Position numbers and translations under genes: made by a program
Notes under the pieces: generated by a model
The model's database searches: none
The model's input: only the letters and a program-made list of their open reading frames with translations
What the model was told of the DNA's origin: nothing
Shown here: positions 44,695 to 54,852 of the stretch, piece after piece
How the letters are laid out: every line of letters begins with the position of its first letter
Position numbering within the stretch: the first letter of the stretch is position 1
NCBI GenBank assembly: GCA_963785235.1
Contig: CAWAUM010000001.1
Span: forward strand, 608,001-672,000
DNA length: 64,000 nt
Origin: an uncultured delta proteobacterium
GTDB lineage: Bacteria; Desulfobacterota; Desulfomonilia; UBA1062
Direction of reading: 5' to 3'

Positions 44695-46079
44695 GGTTTG
44701 TCCTTGCTCTCATATTTTTGTGCGATTCTCCTCTTGGCATCATACACCTCCATGCCGGTTATGCAGATGCTCAACCAGAAGAGACCGCCTGCATAGCCTG
44801 CGAGTACGTCGCTCAAATAGTGTACCTGGAGGTATATCCGGCTGAAGCCGATCATGAACACAATGAAGCCGGCCATTGCCATGGAAAAGGCCTTAACCCT
44901 CCATGAGCCTATTGTGCGCACCAGCAGATAGACGATCATACCGTAGAATATCATGGATGTCATGGCGTGTCCGCTTGGGAAGCTCCATCCATATACGGTA
45001 ATAAGGGTTGTCTCGCTGATGGGCCTTGGCCGGTGTATTATGGCCTTCAAAATATTGTTCAGAATGCTTCCCCCGACAATGGCGGCTGTGAATCCCGTTG
45101 CCTTTTCAAAACGCTTTATCAGCAGCAGGTAGGTGATAACGGCAATGGTGCAAGGCGCGATAAATTTCATTCCGCCCAGCAGTGTGACCGCCTCCATCAC
45201 ATTGTTTGCCAAGGGCGATCTGAAATAGAGAACCCTTCCGAGAACCCATTGATCAACATCCACAAAGGGATCACCGGTGAGGATGTCTTCAGTGATGCCG
45301 CCGAATATCCAGATGAAGACAATGCTTATGCTCAGGCCTATGGTGAGGTGCAGCCCAAGGTATGAGCCCGGTGAGAGCCTCCTGGCAATGAAGGCTACAA
45401 ACTCAGGGTGCTGCTGCTCAAACCTTGTAACAAGAGGCGAAGTGGGTATTTCCCTGAACCACTGGTAAATATCCTCCCGGTTTTCAGAGAGCTTTTCATA
45501 GAGATAGACAAACAGGGCTATAACCAGGATCATGAACAGAGCGAACACCCCGGCCCTGCCTGCCCATTTTTCCACGAACTGCCAGCTCTGCCCGAAGAAA
45601 TATCCAAGGGAGATGAAGCAGACGGTCCAGATGATCGCGCCTGCAACGTTGAATAATGCAAATCTTCCATAGGGCATGGCCGACATGCCGGCTGTGAAAG
45701 GTGTCAAGGCACGGAGAAGGTGGACAAACCTGGCCCAGAATACGGTCTTTCCACCGTGCCGGGCAAAATATCCTTCCACCTTTTGCAGGTGTTCACGCCT
45801 GAACAGGAACAGCCTCTCATGCCTGGAGAAATAATCTCTCCCAAAAGCCTTGCCCAGTGCATAGCCGGTGCTGTCGCCCAGGATCGCCCCAAGGGCTATC
45901 ACTATCATGCAGTATCCGAGTTCGAGATAACCGTGTGAAGCCAGGAACCCTGCCAGCACAACCACGGTTTCACCCGGTACGAGAACACCTAGGAATGCAG
46001 AGCTTTCGAGAAAAGGGGCCAGGAAGATGAGTGCATAGCCCCAGTTGCCAAGGGTGCTTATGCTGTTAAGGATTGTCAC
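44691..46079 (-). CDS. DedA/VTT + PAP2 bifunctional membrane protein
   Basis: LESSAFLGVLVPGE, GAILGD..GY, ARFV; RPRP, SFPSGH, SRIYLQVHYLSDV. Confidence 0.9.
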   Translation of the reverse strand: MTILNSISTLGNWGYALIFLAPFLESSAFLGVLVPGETVVVLAGFLASHGYLELGYCMIVIALGAILGDSTGYALGKAFGRDYFSRHERLFLFRREHLQKVEGYFARHGGKTVFWARFVHLLRALTPFTAGMSAMPYGRFALFNVAGAIIWTVCFISLGYFFGQSWQFVEKWAGRAGVFALFMILVIALFVYLYEKLSENREDIYQWFREIPTSPLVTRFEQQHPEFVAFIARRLSPGSYLGLHLTIGLSISIVFIWIFGGITEDILTGDPFVDVDQWVLGRVLYFRSPLANNVMEAVTLLGGMKFIAPCTIAVITYLLLIKRFEKATGFTAAIVGGSILNNILKAIIHRPRPISETTLITVYGWSFPSGHAMTSMIFYGMIVYLLVRTIGSWRVKAFSMAMAGFIVFMIGFSRIYLQVHYLSDVLAGYAGGLFWLSICITGMEVYDAKRRIAQKYESKDKP

Positions 46080-46270
46080 ACAATATCTCTTTCACCCGGC
46101 CCACTGCACCGCTGACCAGGCGAACTTTGATCCCGTGAGGATGGGTGGGGGATTTCGTGAGGATATCCTTCACGATACCTTCTGTCAGGGTTCCTGAATG
46201 CCTGATCGGGTTTCTGTACAATACGTACGCGAGACCCCGGTTTGATATCAGATCGAGTTTTTCCATTCAT
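46066..46270 (-). CDS. YwbE/DUF2196 family protein, frameshifted near 46205
   Basis: MNGKTRSDIKPG..V.IV.K.DQ joined to G.LTEGIVKDILTKS..HPHGIKVRL.SG.VGRV. Confidence 0.8.
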
Positions 46271-46285
46271 ATATTGTTGATCCTT

Positions 46286-46700
46286 TTACGATTCCTCGAA
46301 CAGGATATCCTGGGCGCCATGCCAGAGCACGAGGCGGCCCATGTCCTGCAGAAACTCGCAGCCCTGTATGACCGTCAAAAAATGGTTGCCTGCCAGCTGG
46401 CCCATCTTGCTGGCAAAGCGGGTGGGGCCGTAGGGGAACAGGATCTCGGTTTCGCTGTAGCCCCCTGGATAGAACAGGATCTCGCCTGGTGAGGGGTAGC
46501 TGGTGGCGTTCTCTATACCCGTATCCAGCCTGAAATCGCCCAGCGGTATCCAGCAGGCCTCGCCGCTCCAGCGCGCGTGGATGAGCTTCTGTGCGTAGGG
46601 CAGGAGTGTCCTGAACTGAGCGCATGTCCTGGGGGCAAGCCCTTCTTCCATACGTGCGATGAACTCGAACGAGTGCAACGGTTATCCTGAGCTTAGTCAT
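46286..46700 (-). CDS. DUF3830 (cyclophilin-like) protein; frameshift near the start
   Basis: APRTC..F...LP, IHARWSGEA.W, ENATSYP.PGEIL.YPGG.SETEI, LAGNHFLT. Confidence 0.75.
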
Positions 46701-46832
46701 GCCTTCTCCTGGGTCCATATATCCTGCAAACCCGAGACGATCTCATAAATGGATACTACAGGGCAACAGGATTCATGGCAAGTGCAAGAGGTATATTCAT
46801 TTACAGTGAACTAATTGCATAACTCGCTGGTT

Positions 46833-46896
46833 GTCATTCCCGCGAAAGCTTCGAATCCAGGTATTTACCCAGGTCCCTGCTTTCGCGGGGGGTGAC
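46833..46896. repeat. Degenerate REP-like palindrome pair (GTCATTCCCGCGAAAG type)
   Basis: gtcattcccgcgaaagc ... gctttcgcggggggtgac. Confidence 0.65.
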
Positions 46897-46907
46897 TCTC
46901 GGCGGTG

Positions 46908-47300
46908 TCAGGCCGTTCTTCTGATCCAGAACACCAGCGCCGGAAGTACCATGACAGCCATCAGCACCAACGGCCAGAGGTTACCGGCAAAGATATTGTA
47001 TGCCTGAAGCAACTGCTCCCAGGATAGATGCGAGATATAACGTCCCATGACGAACTCGAACAGCACCGTGAGCACCAGCCATATTAGCCCCACCAAGGTG
47101 GCTTGGCCAAGCGAATGCAGGGGCCACCTGGAACTCAGAAGCCAGACATAAACCCCGAAGATGAGGATGAGAGTCACACTCGAAAGCTGGTGAGCGTGCA
47201 TCTCAGACATTGCCTTACCATAGGTGAACTGACGCAGAGTTCCGTTCAAGATAGCCATAAGGACCATTGGCAGCCATGCCAGCGAGTACCGTAATATCAT
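46908..47300 (-). CDS. Hypothetical membrane protein
   Basis: Four TM segments; AILNG.LR, FEF..G.Y, YN...G.LW. Confidence 0.7.
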   Translation of the reverse strand: MILRYSLAWLPMVLMAILNGTLRQFTYGKAMSEMHAHQLSSVTLILIFGVYVWLLSSRWPLHSLGQATLVGLIWLVLTVLFEFVMGRYISHLSWEQLLQAYNIFAGNLWPLVLMAVMVLPALVFWIRRTA

Positions 47301-47364
47301 TCCTTCCCTCTTCGGTCCAATGTGCATCAGCGGCCAGGAGGAAGTACAACGTCTCAGTGCAGCG

Positions 47365-47834
47365 CTTTGTTCGCGCTTTTTACCTTTGGGCCACTGCAAC
47401 CTTTACCACGACTTTATGGAGTTGTCCTGACGATATCAGCGGCATATGCGCATCTTCCGGGAAGAAGATCGCAAAGCTCCGCTTTCAGTTGAGAGCCAGG
47501 CATCAGGTTCGTCCATGAAGAACTGCACATCAGCTTTCTGATCATATTCCCCGGATGGCTGTTTACACAATGACTTGGGCTTCCATCCCATATCATCCGT
47601 TCCTTCCAAAACCAATTGGATATCAATGTATTTCTCATGCGTTTCGAGTTGAGCATCCTCTTTCTTGCGGCCAGGAGACCTGGAAATCATCGCATAGACG
47701 CGCTCCCCGTCTATCTCGTATTTATCCGCCGGCATATCCTTCAGCTCGGGGCGCAAGAGAAACTCGATTGCCTTTGCAAATCCCTTGTTCAGGGCCAGAT
47801 AGCAGTGTGCATTCCCAAGTATATCCAAGATCAT
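47365..47834 (-). CDS. YhcH/YjgK/YiaL (DUF386) protein, frameshifted near 47465 (3' end approximate)
   Basis: MILD.L, E.H.KYIDIQ, YD...D..F; FAIFFPEDAHMP readable after frame change. Confidence 0.75.
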
Positions 47835-48117
47835 GTCTATACCTTCCTGGAATCATATTGTTACGAAAGTATAATTGAAAGCAAATGTATAAAAAATGGC
47901 CCATGGTCAGCAGGACTTCAGATGAGGTTTATACAATAGAGCATATCCTTAATAAAATTGCCATTAGTATTGATAACTTATAATGGGCTTGACAGCCAAA
48001 GACTCCATCGGGTACGTCTTTGCCCGAAGCCTTCGTGCATTAAAAGGCCCTCGACTTGCCGTGAATGGTGTTCATTGAGCCGATAGTGCGGTAGAGATAA
48101 TTTAAAGGGGTACAGCT

Positions 48118-49044
48118 ATGAAAATCATTGTCTCCGGATCACTGGCATACGACAGGATAATGGACTTTCCCGGACACTTCTCAGACCATATCCTTCCCGA
48201 TAAGATACATGTCTTGAACATCTGTTTCCAGGTGAACAGCATGAAGGAGAAATTCGGAGGTACTGCGGGCAACATCGCTTATGCACTGACCCTGATGGGC
48301 GAGAAACCTGTCATCTCTGCAGCTATCGGCCGTGATTACCAGCGGTATTTCGAAGGGCTGGCAAAAAATGGGATCTCTACCGAGTCCATCCGCATCATCG
48401 AGGACGATTTCACGGCAAGCGCCTACATAACCACCGACCGGGCAGACAACCAGATAACCGGGTTCCACCCGGGCGCCATGAAATATACCTCTGAGCTGGA
48501 TTTTGACAAGCTCGACCCCAAGGACACCATCCTCATCATCTCGCCGGGCAACCTGGATGACATGGTGAACTATCCGCGCGCCTGCAAGGCAAAGGGGATC
48601 GGCTATATCTTCGACCCGGGGCAGGCACTGCCCATGCTGGAGGCACAAGACCTGATCCAGGCAATAGACGGGTGCCGGATACTGATCACCAATGATTATG
48701 AACTGGAACTGATCATGAGCAAGACCGCCCTGGACAAAAAGGCCTTACTGAGCCACGCAGGCGCCGTCATCACCACCCTGGGAGAAAAGGGATCGCAGCT
48801 CTGCACACAAGAAGGCGAGGTGCACATTCCCGCAACCAAGGCAAGGCAGGTGGTTGACCCCACAGGCGCGGGAGACTCGTTCCGGGGAGGCCTTATCAGC
48901 GGCCTGGTACAGGGTAAGGATATGGAGCAGTGCGCCAGGATGGGCAGCGTTTGCGCGTCTTTTTCCGTTGAGTGCTACGGCACCCAGGAATATCGGTTCA
49001 GCACCGATGAATTCAACGAAAGGCTGCGCACCTGTTCGGGATGA
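48118..49044 (+). CDS. PfkB-family carbohydrate/nucleoside (adenosine-like) kinase
   Basis: GSLAYD.IM, GGTAGNIAY, FDPGQ, DPTGAGDSFRGG. Confidence 0.9.
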   Translation: MKIIVSGSLAYDRIMDFPGHFSDHILPDKIHVLNICFQVNSMKEKFGGTAGNIAYALTLMGEKPVISAAIGRDYQRYFEGLAKNGISTESIRIIEDDFTASAYITTDRADNQITGFHPGAMKYTSELDFDKLDPKDTILIISPGNLDDMVNYPRACKAKGIGYIFDPGQALPMLEAQDLIQAIDGCRILITNDYELELIMSKTALDKKALLSHAGAVITTLGEKGSQLCTQEGEVHIPATKARQVVDPTGAGDSFRGGLISGLVQGKDMEQCARMGSVCASFSVECYGTQEYRFSTDEFNERLRTCSG

Positions 49045-49099
49045 GGGTCTGACATAGAGTTATTTAGCGGATGCTTCATTGTTCGCCACAGGCGTATAT

Positions 49100-50930
49100 A
49101 TGAATGAAAATTCCCTGACAAGTCTGAAAACCATCTTCGGGTACGAGTCTTTCAGGCCCCATCAGCGCGAGGTCATCGAGGGGCTCATCGAAGGTCAGGA
49201 TGCCTTTGTCCTTATGCCCACCGGCGGCGGCAAATCGCTGTGCTACCAGATACCGGCCCTGCACCGTGCAGGCGTGGGCATCGTGGTTTCGCCCCTGATC
49301 TCTCTCATGAAGGATCAGGTCGATGCCTTGAGGGCCTGCGGCGTAAAGGCGGCCTTTTACAATTCCTCCCTGGAAAGCGCCGAGGCCAGGAGCGTGCTGG
49401 CCATGCTGCACGGCCAGGAACTGGACCTCTTGTATGTCGCCCCGGAGCGGTTGATGAGCGATGAGTTTGTCGAGCGGCTCCGCGATATCCCCATCGCCCT
49501 GTTCGCCATTGACGAGGCGCACTGCATCTCCCAGTGGGGGCATGACTTCAGGCCCGAATACCGGAAGCTGGGCAGGCTCCGCAGCCTGTTCCCCCAGATC
49601 CCCATGATAGCCCTGACCGCAACGGCCGAGACGCATACCCTTAAGGACATCCTGGAACGCCTGGGCCTGCAGCAGGCCCGGTGCTTTATCTCAGGGTTCG
49701 ACCGGCCCAATATCCGTTATACCGTGGTTGAAAAACAAAGACCTTTTGCCCAGTTGAGCGCATATCTGCAGGCCAACCCCGAAGGGGCGGGCATAGTATA
49801 TTGTCTGAGCCGTAAACGGGTGGACAGGGTGGCGGACCAGCTCGTCCAGGCGGGTTTTATCGCAGCTCCCTACCATGCGGGTCTTACTGCAGGGCAACGA
49901 AAGAAGACCCAGGACGACTTTCTTCACGACGATATCCGCATCATCGTGGCCACGGTAGCTTTCGGCATGGGCATAGACAAGTCTAATATCCGCTTCGTGG
50001 TGCACTACGATATCCCAAAAAACATCGAGGGCTACTACCAGGAGACAGGCCGTGCCGGACGCGATGGCCTTGCCGCCGAGGCACTGCTGCTGTTCAGCTA
50101 TGGAGATATAGCCATTGCGCGCGAGCCTGATCGAGAATACGAGTGATCCCGATCAGAAACGCATCGAGGTGCACAAACTCGGCACCATGGTAGGTTTTGC
50201 CGAGGCCTTGAGCTGCAGGCGCCGCATCCTTCTGGGCTATTTCGGCGAGCGCCTGGAGCACGATTGCGGCAATTGCGATATATGCCTGCACCCGAGAGAG
50301 CTTGTTGATGTCACGGAAGATGCACGCAAGGCCTTGTCCTGCGTCTTTCGTGTGGGGCAGCGCTTCGGCATGGCACACGTAATCGATGTGCTGCGCGGTT
50401 CCAAGAAAGAGAGGCTCATGGAACTCGGTCACGACAAGCTTTCCACCTACGGGATCGGCGCGGACAAGGGCCAGGAATACTGGAGCAGCCTGCTGCGCCA
50501 CCTGGTTCACCACGGGTTCCTTTTGCAGGACGTGGGTGATTATTCGGTGCTCAAGCTCACCGCTTCAGCCTGGCCTCTGTTGCACGGCGAAAAGAACCTC
50601 ACCATGGCGGAGCCTCGTGTTCGTGTAAAGGCGGAGCCGGCGCCCAAGCGCTCCCGCCGGAAGGCCGGGGACATGGAGTATGATCACGGCCTGTTTGAGA
50701 TACTGCGTGTCCTGCGGAAAAAACTGGCTGATGAAGAAAAAGTGCCGCCTTTTGTCATCTTCAGCGATGCCTCCCTTATCCAGATGGCTGCCGGTCATCC
50801 CGCCACGAGTGAAGAGCTGCACCTCATCCACGGGGTGGGCGACTACAAGCTCGAACGCTATGGCCCCCATTTCCTCGAAGCGATACGCAGGTTTTCAGCC
50901 GGCAGCGGGGCAACAGGGAATGATGCATAA
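49100..50930 (+). CDS. recQ: DNA helicase RecQ; frameshift near 50120
   Basis: PTGGGKSLCYQ, DEAHCISQWGHDFRPEY, QETGRAGRDG, CRR...CGNCDIC, RQC and HRDC (VPPFVIFSD). Confidence 0.95.
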
Positions 50931-50967
50931 TAAAGCCGGATATTGAGGTTAAGATGGAAAAAATTGA

Positions 50968-51053
50968 TCCGTTAAAAACCTCCATCTTGCAGCCTTGAAG
51001 GACCGATAAAATTAGCATCCCACAAAGGCTGCAAGATGGAGGTTTTTAACGGA
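50968..51053. repeat. Perfect 29-bp inverted repeat with 28-nt loop between convergent genes
   Basis: tccgttaaaaacctccatcttgcagcctt / aaggctgcaagatggaggtttttaacgga. Confidence 0.9.
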
Positions 51054-51098
51054 CCTGGTTTTTACTCACCTTAAACGCATATCCCGGGCAGTGAAGTG

Positions 51099-51732
51099 TT
51101 ATTGCACCGGCTTTGCTGTAAGCTTGGGCACAAGTGCCTTTGACCAGGCCTTGATGGCGTTCCAGTCGCGGAAGTCACCCTCAGGCACCTTGACGAAATA
51201 TTTCACAGCGATGCGTGCAAAAAGGCCCAGCTTGGAATAGTCCATCTTGCCGGCAAAAAGCCCCACATCAACAGGCTTTACCTGCTCCCGCAGAGGGTCA
51301 AGATAGGCATCCACGGTCTTGCGGTTCGCGGGCGTGTCGTCCTTCATGGTCATGCAGACCACAAAATAGGCCATGGGAATGCCCCTGAGCTCGGATTGGT
51401 GGTTTTTCACAAAGGCAAACACCTCGGGCTTCACCTTCCCAATCCGGATGGCGCTGCCTAGTACTACGCCGTGGTATCCGGCCAGGCTCTTCACTGATTC
51501 TACAGGCTTCACATCCACCTTGGCACCGTTCTCGGCCAGTGTCTTGCCGATGATATCCGCCACCTCTGCCGTGGAGCCGGCCCATGTGTCATAGACTACC
51601 AGAATGCTGTTCGACATGCCTGTCTCCCCATAGCTTATATCGACGAGTTTGATGTCCTTGGAACTGCAGCATGCAAGAAGGCTGAATCCCAGCATGCACA
51701 ACCACACCATCCATGATTTATTATGTGACATG
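51099..51732 (-). CDS. Flavodoxin-domain (HemG-like) protein with export/lipoprotein signal
   Basis: ILVVY.T..GST.EVA..I, VVLGSAI, FAGK.D, GDFRDW. Confidence 0.8.
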
Positions 51733-51756
51733 TTTGCATACCTCCTATGAATAAAA

Positions 51757-53280
51757 TTACTCCTGCTGCTCATTATGGCTGTTGGTGAGTGTCAGGAATA
51801 TCCCGGCGAGCATGGCATAGCCAAGTGCAAGGGTATAATGCACATGTGATGCTACTTTCCAGGGCAGATATACCTCACCCGTGGGCAGGACGGAATGGAT
51901 AATGCCGAACATGCTGAAAACTGCGCAGAGGAGGGCATACAGAGCGGCCATCCTGGGCCTGCGGTCAATGACAAAGGCCATCATGCCCCCCCAGAGCAGT
52001 GCTGTCATGATAAACCCGTTGCTGAGAACGGTCAGTGTCTGGAGCAGCACGCTCAGCCGCACCGGCAGCTTGTCCGGGGTGATACCGGCAGCACCCAGGA
52101 ACTGGCCGAGGATGATCATGATGAGGCTGGCGATAACGGGCAGAAAGCTGAAGCTTACCGCCTCTGAATGCTCGGGAGGGGATTCCCTGTATGCCTGCCG
52201 CACGATCTCGAAACCGATGAACATGAAGATCGGCGCCAGGACCGCACGCGGGATCAGGCTCACGATCAGTGAGAGCAGACCCACCAGCGAGCCCAGGCCC
52301 ACCAGCAGCCCGGTGAGCAGCGTATACCTCCAGGTGGCGCCCATCTTTTTGTAGGCCGGGTGGCCGATGTACGGCGTAGTCTGCGCCACACCGCCGAAGA
52401 AGGCGGCAATCAGCGAGGTCAGCGCCTCTGTCAAGAGGATGTCCCTGGTTTTGTAGTCGTCGCCTGCCAGCCGTGCGCTCTCGGTGTTGTTGATCCCGCC
52501 TATGATGGTCAGCAGGCCGAAGGGAATGGCTATGGGCAGGTACTGGATAGCCTTTGGCAGGTCATTCAGGAAGCCTGTGGAGAAGACCGGGATGCACAGC
52601 TTCATCTCAAAGGAAGGCTTGACGAATTCCGGGAGGTACCCGCTGTAACCCAAGATAAAATGCAGCGCAGTGCCCAGCAGCACGGCAGCCAGCACGCCCG
52701 GGATTCTGCCCGGGAGCTCGAGCCGGCCCAGGAGCACCGCGAAGATAAGCCCGAGGGCCACCATGCCCACCACGACCTCGTTGAAGATCTCTATCAGGGG
52801 CAGAAAGCCCAGCAGCATGAGGCCCACCCCGGCGATGGATCCCAGGAGACCGGCCGTGGGAATGATGCGCTGCACGAAGCCGCCCAGGAAGGAGGTGATG
52901 AGTTTGACAATGCCGATCATGAACAGGGTCGCCATGCCGATGTGCCAGGTGAGTTCGGCGTCGCGCGTGGCGATATAGGCCGGGCCCAGAACGGCATAGG
53001 CAAGGCCTATGGACGACGGGGTATCAAGGCCGAGCGGCATGGCGGTGACGTCGGAGCGCCCTGTCTTCTTCATGAGGCGCAGCGCCAGCCAGGTATAGAT
53101 GAGGTCGCCGAAGAGGACGCCGATGGCCGTACCGGGGATCATGCGTTTCAGAATGATCTCGGCTGGGTAGTTGAAGGTGAAGATCAGTATCGAGCTCAGA
53201 AAGACGAGCACCCCGAGATTGTCGAGAAAAAGGGCCAGAAAGGCCGTCGTTTCGCCCCCGAGGCTGTGTCTGTCACGCAT
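51757..53280 (-). CDS. NCS2/AzgA-like xanthine/uracil/vitamin C permease
   Basis: LFLDNL, DVTAMPLGLDTP, NTESA..AGD.Y, PYIGHPAYK.MG; many TM helices. Confidence 0.8.
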   Translation of the reverse strand: MRDRHSLGGETTAFLALFLDNLGVLVFLSSILIFTFNYPAEIILKRMIPGTAIGVLFGDLIYTWLALRLMKKTGRSDVTAMPLGLDTPSSIGLAYAVLGPAYIATRDAELTWHIGMATLFMIGIVKLITSFLGGFVQRIIPTAGLLGSIAGVGLMLLGFLPLIEIFNEVVVGMVALGLIFAVLLGRLELPGRIPGVLAAVLLGTALHFILGYSGYLPEFVKPSFEMKLCIPVFSTGFLNDLPKAIQYLPIAIPFGLLTIIGGINNTESARLAGDDYKTRDILLTEALTSLIAAFFGGVAQTTPYIGHPAYKKMGATWRYTLLTGLLVGLGSLVGLLSLIVSLIPRAVLAPIFMFIGFEIVRQAYRESPPEHSEAVSFSFLPVIASLIMIILGQFLGAAGITPDKLPVRLSVLLQTLTVLSNGFIMTALLWGGMMAFVIDRRPRMAALYALLCAVFSMFGIIHSVLPTGEVYLPWKVASHVHYTLALGYAMLAGIFLTLTNSHNEQQE

Positions 53281-53563
53281 AGTCCCTCCGCTAAGAAAAA
53301 GATTACATCAAGATTGACCGGAATGCCAGATTGATTGAAGGGGGCTGAATTCATGAGAAGATATCTCTGTCATCTCGAACAGAATTAGAGATCTGATTTT
53401 CGGGATCATCCGAACCAAGCGTTGTAAGTGTCTGTTCAAGACCTCACCTTTTGCGGGATTCGGGTATGGCAGCAAGGTTGAGTATTTTGCTTTTCAAAGA
53501 GCACTGCATTTGTTTTAATATATTCCAAATTGCCGTGATGCATGGAATAGTTATAGGACGCAT

Positions 53564-54760
53564 ATGAAAAACACGATTAGTTTAGCCAAGAGATCCGACG
53601 AAACGAAACAGGCCCCGGACAAAAAAATGAAGCTCTGGGGTCTTCCTGAAAAATTATCCTCGGGACTCACCGAGATCATCCTGCTCTTTCTCGCTTCACG
53701 AGTGGTTCTGACGATCGTAGGTGTTCTGTCAATCACCATCATTGGACGCAGGACGGGCGGCAGGCTGGAATGGGAACATCCTGTGTATAGCTGGCTTGAT
53801 ATATGGGGACAGTGGGACACGGGATGGTATCTTGATATTGCACAAAACTGGTATGCGGCACAGGCGCACTATCAGAATTACTGCAATTACGCCTTTTTCC
53901 CATTCTACCCGACCCTCATCAAACTCCTCGGCGCTGTCATAGGCAACCATTTTTACGCAGGCCTGATCATCTCGAATGTGTCGCTTCTGGGGGCTGCTAT
54001 CCTTCTTTACAAGCTCGTGGAGATTGATCATGACCAGGAGGTTGCACTTCGTTCAGTTAAATACCTGTTTATCTGGCCGACCTCCTTTATCTTGTCCGGT
54101 GTGTTATCCGAGGCCCTTTATCTGATTCTCGTAATCGGCTGCTTTTACTATGCACGTAAAGGTGCATGGCTTAAAGTCGGCATGGCCGGATTTTTCCTTT
54201 CACTGACAAGGGTCCCCGGCGTTTGCGTTGCCATGCCTTTGTTCTATGATTACATGAAAGAAAAGAACTTCAAGTTGAAAAGCATCAGGTTTGATATCCT
54301 TGCACTGGCCCTTCTGCCCTTGGGGTTACTGGTATTCAGCGTATATAACTATTATTTAACCGGAGATTACCTGGCCTTTGCCCATATTCAGCAGACAGGC
54401 TGGGGGCATCATTTCAAAAATCCTTTCAAGAGCTTGATAAATGGAATGTTCGGGAGTGAAGTAAGCCCCCGCATCGTTGTAGCTGCATGGTTTACCGGTT
54501 TCACCATGGCCTCTCTTGCCATTTTTTACCGGAGAATACCCACTTCCTACTTACTCTTCTGTTTCATATCTCTTTTTCTCCCCCTCACAAAAGGGTTGGG
54601 TTCCATGCCCCGTTACACGGTTGTCCTGTTTCCGGTTTTTATCCTGTTTGCGCTGCTGGGAAAGGATAAGAAGATGGATAACGCTTTAACGATCATCTTC
54701 GCCGTTCTGCAGGGATGCTTCATGATCTTCTGGAGCGTCGGGGATACTCTTATGATGTGA
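53564..54760 (+). CDS. GT-C membrane mannosyltransferase-like (PIG-V/GT76)
   Basis: WD.GWY..IA..WY, AFFPFYP, SEAL, SMPRY. Confidence 0.8.
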   Translation: MKNTISLAKRSDETKQAPDKKMKLWGLPEKLSSGLTEIILLFLASRVVLTIVGVLSITIIGRRTGGRLEWEHPVYSWLDIWGQWDTGWYLDIAQNWYAAQAHYQNYCNYAFFPFYPTLIKLLGAVIGNHFYAGLIISNVSLLGAAILLYKLVEIDHDQEVALRSVKYLFIWPTSFILSGVLSEALYLILVIGCFYYARKGAWLKVGMAGFFLSLTRVPGVCVAMPLFYDYMKEKNFKLKSIRFDILALALLPLGLLVFSVYNYYLTGDYLAFAHIQQTGWGHHFKNPFKSLINGMFGSEVSPRIVVAAWFTGFTMASLAIFYRRIPTSYLLFCFISLFLPLTKGLGSMPRYTVVLFPVFILFALLGKDKKMDNALTIIFAVLQGCFMIFWSVGDTLMM

Positions 54761-54852
54761 TGCCCTGTATCGATTGGTACAGGACCCTCTTTTAAGGCAA
54801 TCGCTATTTATCCTGCCCTTGGCAAGGTCAATATTTTTCGAGTTCAGGATTC

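Noticed and set aside
47990-48110. Possible riboswitch upstream of the PfkB kinase
   Set aside because: Some pairing potential, but no aptamer consensus I can recognise; would need an Rfam/Infernal scan.
52360-53334. Long antisense ORFs (e.g. 324 aa here, also 727-1401, 7009-7653, 28496-29149)
   Set aside because: Shadow ORFs opposite well-supported genes, expected in GC-rich coding DNA.
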